DNA of 64,000 nucleotides from Peptococcaceae bacterium. Its GTDB lineage: Bacteria; Bacillota; Peptococcia; Peptococcales; Peptococcaceae. The stretch is taken from NCBI GenBank assembly GCA_900759105.1, contig CAAETY010000147.1, positions 7,431-71,430 on the forward strand, written 5' to 3'. The notes below the pieces were generated by a model. That model did not search any database. It was not told the origin of the DNA and saw only the letters and a list, made by a program, of their open reading frames with translations. Below, piece by piece: positions 29,050 to 37,074 of the stretch; the stretch's first letter is position 1; each line of letters starts with the position of its first letter. The translations under genes were made by a program, and so were the position numbers.

Positions 29050-29142
29050 ATATGTGACAAATCCATGCAAAACAAGGAAATTGTCACACGAGATGGCTTG
29101 GTGTGTGACAAATTTACATAATTCGGTGGATTTGTCACATAT
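29050..29142. repeat. four TGTGACAAAT boxes; the outermost pair are perfect 15-bp inverted repeats
   Basis: ATATGTGACAAATCC (29050-29064) and GGATTTGTCACATAT (29128-29142) are exact reverse complements; inner copies at 29081-29090 and 29101-29115. Confidence 0.55.
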
Positions 29143-29198
29143 GTTTGCGATGGTTTTTTAATGAAGGGGTGTCGGGGAAAAATATTTTTGAAAAAATT

Positions 29199-29228
29199 TG
29201 TAACGAAATACGGTTTACGCCGTCTAAT
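29199..29228 (+). promoter_or_regulatory. ECF-type promoter TGTAAC-N16-CGTC
   Basis: AAC and CGTC elements with 16-nt spacing directly upstream of the ECF sigma gene; typical of autoregulated ECF promoters. Confidence 0.5.
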
Positions 29229-29246
29229 TGATGTAAAAGAAAAGAG

Positions 29247-29732
29247 GTGAGCACACTGGATATTGAAAAACTCTACCGAACCTATTATATGCAGGTCTAC
29301 GCCTATGCGATGACCGTGGTGAAGGATTCGAATGTGGCCGAAGAAGTGACCCAGCAAACCTTTGTAAAGGCGCTGAGTGCCGATTGCAAGGGCACGGCAA
29401 GTGCCTATACGTGGCTCTGTGCCATTGCCAAAAATGTCGCCAATGACCATTTTCGCGCCGCAAAGCGTATGGCACCATTGGCGGAAGCGGAGACGCAAGC
29501 AAGCGACTCGCTGCAAGCGGATGTGATTGCCCGAGCAAGTAGCTTGGAAATTCATCGCATTTTGCATGCGATGGAGGAGCCGTACAAGGAAGTGTTTGAG
29601 CTGCGCGTATTTGGTGAGCTTAGCTTTCGAGATATTGCCGATATTTTTGGCAAAACCGAAAGCTGGGCGCGTGTGACCTATCACCGTGCTCGCCTTAAAA
29701 TCAAAGAAAGGATGACGGATAATGACAGATAA
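29247..29732 (+). CDS. RNA polymerase ECF sigma factor
   Basis: 161 aa; sigma70 region 2 and region 4 patterns. Confidence 0.8.
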   Translation: MSTLDIEKLYRTYYMQVYAYAMTVVKDSNVAEEVTQQTFVKALSADCKGTASAYTWLCAIAKNVANDHFRAAKRMAPLAEAETQASDSLQADVIARASSLEIHRILHAMEEPYKEVFELRVFGELSFRDIADIFGKTESWARVTYHRARLKIKERMTDNDR

Positions 29733-30660
29733 AAAACTATCTTGCGTTGTGGTGCAGGATTTGCTACCACTTTATGTAGATGGCGTATGCAGTGATGAGA
29801 GCAAACACTTGGTGGAAGCTCATCTGGCGGAATGTGCCGATTGTCGCGCGCTCTGTACAGCGTTAAAAGAAAGTGAAGCGGAGACACTGTTTCAAGCTGA
29901 TACCAAGACGGTGCTAAGGGCTCATGCTAAGCGTCAATCTAAGCTTGCACTGGCGATGGGCGTGCTGATTGCAGTCTTTCTTACAGCGATAATGGGCGTG
30001 ATGCTCTATGTGACCTTGCGCGGTTGGAGCGATTGGCAAACCACGGTCACAGTGGGTGCTTCCTTGCTGCTTCTAGCCGGTCTTACGGCAGTGCCACTGC
30101 TTGCGAAAACAAAGCGCACGACAAAGGCCATTGTTTTTTCGACCTTGACGCTGGTTGCTGTTATTTATTGCGAGGAAATCTTTTTTAGCAATGACGGCTG
30201 GATGGAAATATTGCAGGTTATCACGGCAGTGATTTTTACCATTTCACTTTTCGGCTTTCCTTTTGTAGTGCGTCAGGCGGATTTGCCAATGCCACTGTGT
30301 AATCATAAGCTCTTTATCACCCTGCTTTGGGATTCGCTTTGGTTTGTATTCATGATGCTGCTCTTGGCCTTTGATGAACCAACAGAGATTGGTTTTGTGA
30401 TGGTAGCGACACTTTCTCTTGTGGCAGTGGCGTGGCTGATTGCCTTGACGGCGCGGTATTTGCCGGTGCATTGGCTCGCAAAATGTGGCGTGATGGTGGT
30501 GCTTGTGGCGATTTGGTTGGCGCTTGGCGTGCAATTTGGCTGGGCGATGTTTGACGGCGTCAAAAGTCCGGTGCTTGTCGGTGGTGTCGGCGTTGCAATG
30601 GGTGCGGTGCTTGCAATCATTGGTGCCATCATTGGCAATCGGGGAAAATGCAAACGCTAA
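29722..30660 (+). CDS. multi-pass membrane anti-sigma factor with N-terminal zinc-binding (ZAS, H-x3-C-x2-C) domain
   Basis: 11-nt overlap with the sigma gene; HLAECADCRALC motif; about 8 predicted TM helices. Confidence 0.65.
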   Translation: MTDKKLSCVVVQDLLPLYVDGVCSDESKHLVEAHLAECADCRALCTALKESEAETLFQADTKTVLRAHAKRQSKLALAMGVLIAVFLTAIMGVMLYVTLRGWSDWQTTVTVGASLLLLAGLTAVPLLAKTKRTTKAIVFSTLTLVAVIYCEEIFFSNDGWMEILQVITAVIFTISLFGFPFVVRQADLPMPLCNHKLFITLLWDSLWFVFMMLLLAFDEPTEIGFVMVATLSLVAVAWLIALTARYLPVHWLAKCGVMVVLVAIWLALGVQFGWAMFDGVKSPVLVGGVGVAMGAVLAIIGAIIGNRGKCKR

Positions 30661-30753
30661 AATAAAATATCGACCCCATGGGCAGCTTGGTGTATGATAA
30701 AAGAAATCACCGAGCTGCCTTTTTGGCTCGGCATTCAGTAGGAGGAATAATGA

Positions 30754-31371
30754 ATGAAAGTTTTAATGATTGACGGCAGCCCACGCAAAGACGGAAACGT
30801 AGCGACTGCCTTGGCTGAAATGGAAAAAACCTTTGTAGAAGAAGGCGTTGAAGTAGAAATCGTAAAAGTTGGCAACCAGCCTGTACAAGGCTGCATGGCA
30901 TGCGGCGCCTGCGCAAAGCTTGGCTGTTGCACAGTGGATGACGTGGTAAACGAGCTTGCGCCAAAGTTTGAAGCCGCTGATGGTTTGGTTGTGGCAAGCC
31001 CTGTCTATTACGCCAATGCCAACGCAACCCTCATTGCCACCTTGGACAGACTTTTCTACAGCAGCAAGTTTGACAAGACCATGAAAGTCGGCGCCAGTGT
31101 AGTAGCCGCTCGTCGCGGTGGTTGCTCTGCGACCTTTGACGAACTCAACAAATACTTTACCATCTCCGGCATGCCGGTGGCATCCAGCCAATATTGGAAC
31201 AGCGTGCATGGCCGTTTGCCTGGCGAAGCGGTACAAGATGTGGAAGGCATGCAAACCATGCGTGTGCTGGCTCGTAACATGACCTTCCTCATGAAGAGCA
31301 TTGCCCTCGGCAAAGAAGCCTTTGGCTTGCCGGAAAAAGAAGAAAAAACCCCATTTCACTTTGTGCGCTAA
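30754..31371 (+). CDS. flavodoxin-fold NAD(P)H-dependent FMN reductase / iron-sulfur flavoprotein-like
   Basis: 205 aa; MIDGSPRKDGN N-terminus typical of the NADPH-dependent FMN reductase fold; Cys cluster CMACGACAKLGCC. Confidence 0.6.
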   Translation: MKVLMIDGSPRKDGNVATALAEMEKTFVEEGVEVEIVKVGNQPVQGCMACGACAKLGCCTVDDVVNELAPKFEAADGLVVASPVYYANANATLIATLDRLFYSSKFDKTMKVGASVVAARRGGCSATFDELNKYFTISGMPVASSQYWNSVHGRLPGEAVQDVEGMQTMRVLARNMTFLMKSIALGKEAFGLPEKEEKTPFHFVR

Positions 31372-31391
31372 GCAAAAAGGAGGAATTCACC

Positions 31392-31748
31392 ATGGATCAA
31401 CAACTCAAAGATTACCTTGTAGAACACGTTAATGCCCTTGTTAATGCACCAATGACCTACGAAGGTACAAAAAAAGTCGGCGAAGAATGGCTCGCTGCCT
31501 TGGGAACCGATGCTGAAGCCGAAGCAAGCAAAAAGCTCATCGCTGAAGCAGAAGCAGATATCATGCCGATTGATGCACTCGTTAGCTTTGCTGAATCCGA
31601 TGCAGCAGTGGCTGCCTTTGGTGATGCAGCACCGGGCTTCTTGGCTCATGCCAAGAGCCTCAAAGAAGCCGGCGCACGCTACTGTGATTGCACAGCTTGC
31701 GCAGCCTGCGAAGCCATCCTCGCAAAGAAAGATGAACTTTTGGGCTAA
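31392..31748 (+). CDS. hypothetical small protein with C-terminal C-x-C-x2-C-x2-C motif
   Basis: 118 aa; GGAGG RBS; Ala/Glu-rich helical region followed by CDCTACAACE. Confidence 0.4.
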   Translation: MDQQLKDYLVEHVNALVNAPMTYEGTKKVGEEWLAALGTDAEAEASKKLIAEAEADIMPIDALVSFAESDAAVAAFGDAAPGFLAHAKSLKEAGARYCDCTACAACEAILAKKDELLG

Positions 31749-31761
31749 TCCCACACAAACG

Positions 31762-31798
31762 AAAACACCTCGCTAAGCTAAAAAGCGAGGTGTTTTTG
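31762..31798 (+). terminator. rho-independent terminator
   Basis: ACACCTCGCT...AGCGAGGTGT hairpin followed by a T5 run. Confidence 0.8.
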
Positions 31799-31897
31799 TC
31801 ATCATGAAAGAATGATATTAGAAACTTAAAATTTCCATTTTTTGAAAGCGACGCACTTAGGTTGTATAATAAAATCATCACGATAGGAGGAAAGAAA

Positions 31898-32404
31898 ATG
31901 GAACACATAAAAGATATGAACGTTGATATTTTTAAGCTCTTTGACGATCACTGGGCGCTTCTTACTGCAGGTACGCCGAAAGACTACAATACCATGACCA
32001 TTAGCTGGGGAAGCTTGGGTACCATTTGGGCACCGCGCGGAAACGGCAAGCAAATCGCAACCGTCTATGTAAAGCCAAGTCGCTATACCTTCGAATATCT
32101 GGAAAAAAGCGACTACTACACCATCAGCTTCTTCCCGGATAGCTATCATAAAGATATGGCCTATCTCGGCAGCCACTCCGGCCGTGACGGCGATAAACTC
32201 ACTGCCACAGACCTTACCCCTATAGAAAAATCCCATGGCACCATGGGATTTGCCGAAGCCAACCTCACCCTCGTTTGCCACAAGCTCTACAGCGACGCCT
32301 TCAAAAAAGATGGTATCCCACAGGATGTGGTTGATGCCTACTACAGCGGCGAAGACCCACACCATTTCTATATCGGTGAAATCGTAGACTTTGACGAACA
32401 ATAA
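31898..32404 (+). CDS. flavin reductase-like (FMN-binding split barrel) protein
   Basis: About 168 aa from the ATG at 31898 (RBS AGGAGG); family pattern LLTAGTPKDYNTMTISWGSLG. Confidence 0.6.
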   Translation: MEHIKDMNVDIFKLFDDHWALLTAGTPKDYNTMTISWGSLGTIWAPRGNGKQIATVYVKPSRYTFEYLEKSDYYTISFFPDSYHKDMAYLGSHSGRDGDKLTATDLTPIEKSHGTMGFAEANLTLVCHKLYSDAFKKDGIPQDVVDAYYSGEDPHHFYIGEIVDFDEQ

Positions 32405-32416
32405 GTGATTACACAC

Positions 32417-32453
32417 AAAAGCCGCTCTGCAACAACTCGCAGTGCGGCTTTTG
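32417..32453 (+). terminator. rho-independent terminator
   Basis: GCCGCTCTGC...GCAGTGCGGC hairpin followed by TTTT. Confidence 0.7.
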
Positions 32454-32634
32454 TATATGGTGCAGAAAAGTGCCAGCCCCCTCTGCCGTGCACCTGTGAC
32501 GAATCAATCCGTGAGTAACCGGTGGTCGAAGCGGTAAGACTGAAACTTGTCACTCTGCCGAGTGCGTCCCATCCTCACAAGCAAAGCGGCCCTTTCCCTA
32601 GAACCTCTGCCCAAAGACAAGGCGCGAGCATGGA

Positions 32635-33201
32635 TTATTGCATACACATGTCTACCAAATATGGTTGAATCTGTTCGCGGAAATCATCTACAGTCATATA
32701 GTCTTTGCCGTTACTGTGTAACATTTTGATATCTATACTTTCACCGTTGGCAATAAAATGCCCATTCAAATCAAAATAATATTTGAGATTTCCTTTGTTG
32801 GCATTGTAGCGATGCATCAAGGTGGTAATATCCACCCCCTTGAAATACTTTTCACTGCCCATATCGCCATTCCAGTTATGAACCTGATCCTTTACATAGA
32901 CAAAGGTTGGCTGGTCAATGCTAATCCCTTCCGGCAAACCGCCACCAAGTTCCTGATCATGGTATCCTTGTGGCACAAACTCAATACCCATGTTGGTGAT
33001 ACCAGACAATTCACGAAGCTGAACATAGGTGTGACCGCCATAGGTGATGGCATTGTTAATCTTCACCGGTGCACCGTTTACATAAGTTGGAAAAGTAAGC
33101 GGTTGAATCGGAGATGCCTCCGCAGCCCCAACTGGTGCCACGGCTCCCAAACCTACCACTGCCGCCAAGGCAAGGGCGGTCAAACGTTTTTTCATTTTCA
33201 T
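32635..33201 (-). CDS. secreted protein with N-terminal copper-amine-oxidase-N (stalk) domain
   Basis: AAGGAG RBS 8 nt upstream of the ATG at 33201; signal peptide MKMKKRLTALALAAVVGLGAVAPVGAA. Confidence 0.55.
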   Translation of the reverse strand: MKMKKRLTALALAAVVGLGAVAPVGAAEASPIQPLTFPTYVNGAPVKINNAITYGGHTYVQLRELSGITNMGIEFVPQGYHDQELGGGLPEGISIDQPTFVYVKDQVHNWNGDMGSEKYFKGVDITTLMHRYNANKGNLKYYFDLNGHFIANGESIDIKMLHSNGKDYMTVDDFREQIQPYLVDMCMQ

Positions 33202-33213
33202 AATAATCACTCC

Positions 33214-33396
33214 TTATCGCATGTTAATGCTGACCTTGAAATTTCCTAGAAAGAAAGCTAATAATAAAATACTGACTAATTCAAGAATTGACAGAAAAAG
33301 TAGTTCTAAACCATAACTGTAGAGTGTTTTCTCTGATTGTGAAATAGCTCCTTGGTGAATAAGAAATTCTGCTGTTTTTGTAATAAAATTAGTCAT
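33214..33396 (-). pseudogene. AgrB-like N-terminal fragment (truncated) or small membrane protein
   Basis: 60 aa; a hydrophilic 30-aa stretch (…TLYSYGLELL…) then one TM helix parallels the AgrB N-terminus; the stop falls where AgrB families continue; no downstream frame continues the AgrB pattern. Confidence 0.3.
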
Positions 33397-33509
33397 TGCT
33401 TCACCTCTTTTTCAACATATCATAAAAAAACAGCTTGTGCGAAAACATGACGTGAAATGCAAAAAAATTTCCCACCGGCCAAAAAACCGTGTGGGAAAGG
33501 TTGTGGATG

Positions 33510-34805
33510 TTAGTGACATAGCGCAAATTGAAAGGTAAAGAGGCCGTCCTTCCATGAAAATTCCGGCGTTACCTCGTAGTTCTCGAGGGCTTCGCGAATG
33601 TTGCGCATGCCGAAACCATGGTTGATTGAATCGGCTTTGGTGGTGCGCCAATCGCTGTGTTGCGGTGGCAAGGCGGTATTGGTGATTTTACAAAAGAGGG
33701 AGGTGGCATCTTGCACCAAGGTGAGGGTGATGGTTTTGTCAGCGTCTTGAGGAAGTTGGGCACAGGCTTCGAGGGCATTGTCCAGTGCATTGCCAAAGAT
33801 GACGCAAAGGTCATCCGGCGCAATCGAGAGTCGGTCGGCAATACGGAGCGAAGTCGTAAAGGCGATGCCCTTGCTTTGCGCCACTTCCTTTTTGGCATTT
33901 AGGATAGCATCCAAGGCGATATTGCCGGTATTGATGCCGGTACCGATGGCTTGCAGCTGGTCGATTAGGGAACGGATATAGTGCTTTCCGCCTGCAAGGT
34001 CACCCTGGTCCATATAGCCGTCAATGGCCAGTAGTTGATTGGTCATGTCATGCTTGAGGCGGCGCACCTCTGTTTGTTGGACAATAATTTCGTCCACATG
34101 CTTGAGTTGCCCTTTAAGTTGCTGCTCATACTGTGCTTTGCGTTGAAGCTCTAGGCTTTGGCGGGCAAAGCGTTCATATAAATATAGCACAAAAAAACTA
34201 CAAAAAATTAGGACAAAGGAGCAAATGCCTGCCATGGTGTTGTAGGTAAAGTCGTTGAGCTTGTAGGTCATCCAAAATAAGATAAAGACCACAAGGATAA
34301 CACCGGAAAAGAGAACAACAAAGAGAAGCCAGTAGATTTTGCCCAATTTAAAGTCGCGCATGTTACTTTTTACACGGATGGCATCACATACCATCAAACC
34401 TAAGGTCTTAGAAACGATGAGGCCCAGTAATAAATAGGAAGGGATTTGAACCGCTTCTTCAATGTTAATCTTAAAAATAAAAGAAATGCTATAGAGGACG
34501 CCTATTTCAATTGCAATTATAATAGCCATGCAAAAAATTGCAGCCAGACTTCGTTTGGGCAAGAGTCCTTTATAAAAATAATATGAAATACCGATAGCGC
34601 TTAAAATCATTCCAATATAATTGATGAATATATATAAGAAATAGTGATTAACAAGCCATATTAAGCCTCCCAATAAAACAATGCCCATTCCGTAGCGCCA
34701 AAGGGAAAGAGGGAATCGTCGCTCCATAAAGGCATCAAAAAGCATAAAAAACATCAAGGCTTCAATCCATCCGGTAAGGTTCATGGCAAGTTCGACAATG
34801 CTCAT
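33510..34805 (-). CDS. AgrC/ComD-like GHKL sensor histidine kinase (HPK10-type)
   Basis: 431 aa; 6-7 N-terminal TM helices and a C-terminal GHKL ATPase; 4-nt overlap with the upstream LytTR regulator. Confidence 0.75.
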   Translation of the reverse strand: MSIVELAMNLTGWIEALMFFMLFDAFMERRFPLSLWRYGMGIVLLGGLIWLVNHYFLYIFINYIGMILSAIGISYYFYKGLLPKRSLAAIFCMAIIIAIEIGVLYSISFIFKINIEEAVQIPSYLLLGLIVSKTLGLMVCDAIRVKSNMRDFKLGKIYWLLFVVLFSGVILVVFILFWMTYKLNDFTYNTMAGICSFVLIFCSFFVLYLYERFARQSLELQRKAQYEQQLKGQLKHVDEIIVQQTEVRRLKHDMTNQLLAIDGYMDQGDLAGGKHYIRSLIDQLQAIGTGINTGNIALDAILNAKKEVAQSKGIAFTTSLRIADRLSIAPDDLCVIFGNALDNALEACAQLPQDADKTITLTLVQDATSLFCKITNTALPPQHSDWRTTKADSINHGFGMRNIREALENYEVTPEFSWKDGLFTFQFALCH

Positions 34806-35506
34806 ACGGAATATTCCTCCTCTTTAAAATGTAAAAATGCTTGATTGAGATGGTCGCGATAGGCACGCCCCAAAGGGAGTGGTGTGGCACAATGGGTGAG
34901 GGTGACTTCGGTGTGACTAATGGCAGTGAGGTGGCTTAGATTGATAAGGCAGCGTTTGCTGATACGGCAAAAGCTTGTGTCCAGTTTTTCGGCCAAATCT
35001 TTGATGGGCTGGCGGATGGTATAGGTGGTATCGGCGGTAGTGTGAATATGAATACGGTGATCTTTGGCTTCAAAATAGAGTATCTCATCGTAACGCAATC
35101 GCACAGAGTGGCGACTGTCCTTGAAGGAAAAGACGCGTTGCCGGCGTTTGAAGCGATGGGCAAGATGCGCCAAGGCATCGTTTAATTCGTTGGAATTGAT
35201 GGGCTTGCGCAAAAACCACACCGGGTTGCATTTGAAGCACTCAAAGACGTATTGACTATAGGCAGTGACAAAGACCACCAGCACCGAGTCGTCAATGGCG
35301 TAAATGGCGTTGGCAAGGTCAAAGCCTTCCATTGTCTGTAGTTTCAAGTCCAAAAATAGCGCATCAAAACGCAAGCCCTGTTGCTCGTAGGCTGCCAATA
35401 AGGATTCGCCGGTTTCATAAACTTCTACCTCATACCCTTGAGCAAGCAAGGCGTTTTCAATTTGTCTAACATCGTCGTATTGGTCATCGCAAATGGCAAT
35501 GTACAT
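34802..35506 (-). CDS. LytTR-family response regulator (AgrA-like)
   Basis: Receiver domain (MYIAICDD...) plus a C-terminal LytTR DNA-binding domain. Confidence 0.85.
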   Translation of the reverse strand: MYIAICDDQYDDVRQIENALLAQGYEVEVYETGESLLAAYEQQGLRFDALFLDLKLQTMEGFDLANAIYAIDDSVLVVFVTAYSQYVFECFKCNPVWFLRKPINSNELNDALAHLAHRFKRRQRVFSFKDSRHSVRLRYDEILYFEAKDHRIHIHTTADTTYTIRQPIKDLAEKLDTSFCRISKRCLINLSHLTAISHTEVTLTHCATPLPLGRAYRDHLNQAFLHFKEEEYSV

Positions 35507-35678
35507 AAAATCCCTCCTATACAGCCATTTCTTAATAACGAGGCTATTATATACCCTGCTGTGGCAAGGTTGTCAAGTCCGGAGCAAATTGGGCGGCATT
35601 AAGAGCGCTTTTGTGGTTCAAAGAAAAAACACTCTACACATGTAGAGCGTTTTAGTATGCGATTTAAGAGCACATGGC

Positions 35679-36971
35679 TTACTGTCTGGTAAAGACCACT
35701 GCGCCCGGGGCGCCGCCGGTGCCTGGGAGGTAGTTCACGTCATAGCCCATGACCTCTGCGACAAAACGAATTGGAACCATGGTGCGGTTGTCGGCGCTGA
35801 CAAACGGTGTGGTGTCCATTTGGTAAACGGTGCCGTTAACGGCATAATTGTTGTAGCCGATGGACATGGTCAGCCGTGTATCGCCCATGGTGGTGGTGAT
35901 GGTTTGTACGGTGCTGTCATAGTCCACGCGAGCGCCCAAAAGCTCGCCGATGGCGCGGAATGGTACGAAGGTGCGATTATCCCTTACACATGGCGGGCTG
36001 TCGATTTCCATGGTACGACCGTCTACATTCATTTCATTGCTGCCGATGGTGAGGCGCACTTTTTCCGGTCGGTAGGTGTAGCTTTTGAGCGGAATGGTTA
36101 CCGGTGTTTCCGATAGAGAGCATCGGAGCTGGAGGGTGGCATCTTTTTCGATGGTGCCGTGTACCCTGAAACGGACAATGCCGTTGGCATCGGTGCGCAC
36201 CAGAACATTTGAAATAGAGAGGGACGCCGTGTTGGAGCTGATGTAAACAGGCACATCGCGTCCCACAGGTAGGCCGTTGTTGCGCAACAAGGCGAGCTGC
36301 ACCTCTGTTGGGGTGGCGGCACTGGCGTCAATGGAAATTGGTGTGGAGAGGGTTTGGTTGCGTGGGTTTGCAATTGGGAATGAATCCACGCTGATGCCGC
36401 GAATTTTGGTTGAAACAATCATCATGGCGACATCTGCTGCCGGGGTAGGGTTAACCTTGACGATGCGTGTGGCGCTGTTACCGCCGGTGAGCTCGTATGG
36501 CCAGTAGTTGGTGATAGCTTCCGGGTCAACGCTGCCGGTAGGCATATACAGCGTATGCAGGGTGTAGGTGCCGGTGGCGTCCAAGGTGAAGTTCATCTTT
36601 TGTGATTTGATAAGGGCGCGCGCATCCATAACAAACACGCCTTGGCGTGCAGTTTCGTGGATGTAAACGCCTTGGGGCACGGAAATACCGACCAAATCCA
36701 GACCGCTTGCGACAAGGTCATCGCCATCGGTGGCCCACACATAAACCTTTCCGGTAGGATTGGCAGAAAGGGCGTTGCCGTGGGCGTTTTTGAGGGTGAT
36801 GATGTAGTTAAAGCTTTGATACGGATCAACAACGGTATTGTTGGCGCCGGTCGTAACCACAGACTGGGATGGCGATACGTCGCTATCCGCTGCTAGGGCA
36901 GCTGTTGCCAAGCAGGGAATGGAAAAAAGCGCCAGCAGAAGCGCCAGAGATTGCAAGATGCGTTTTTGCAT
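35679..36971 (-). CDS. secreted protein: N-terminal Ig-like (Big-type) region plus two C-terminal copper-amine-oxidase-N (stalk) domains
   Basis: Signal peptide; C-terminal repeats FVPFRAIGELLGARVDYD / MVPIRFVAEVMGYDVNY. Confidence 0.55.
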   Translation of the reverse strand: MQKRILQSLALLLALFSIPCLATAALAADSDVSPSQSVVTTGANNTVVDPYQSFNYIITLKNAHGNALSANPTGKVYVWATDGDDLVASGLDLVGISVPQGVYIHETARQGVFVMDARALIKSQKMNFTLDATGTYTLHTLYMPTGSVDPEAITNYWPYELTGGNSATRIVKVNPTPAADVAMMIVSTKIRGISVDSFPIANPRNQTLSTPISIDASAATPTEVQLALLRNNGLPVGRDVPVYISSNTASLSISNVLVRTDANGIVRFRVHGTIEKDATLQLRCSLSETPVTIPLKSYTYRPEKVRLTIGSNEMNVDGRTMEIDSPPCVRDNRTFVPFRAIGELLGARVDYDSTVQTITTTMGDTRLTMSIGYNNYAVNGTVYQMDTTPFVSADNRTMVPIRFVAEVMGYDVNYLPGTGGAPGAVVFTRQ

Positions 36972-37074
36972 GGTAAGACCTCCTTTGGCTTTATTGTAAC
37001 AAATCGTGGGGTCAAGTTCCTTTCAATGTGATGACAAGAAAAGAACCATGCATTGGATGTGCATGGTTCAATGG

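Noticed and set aside
32453-32634. GC-rich spacer considered as a tRNA, tmRNA or RNase P fragment
   Set aside because: It has no cloverleaf and no GTTCGAATCC-type T-arm. It carries none of the conserved RNase P or SRP motifs. It is left as an unassigned observation only.
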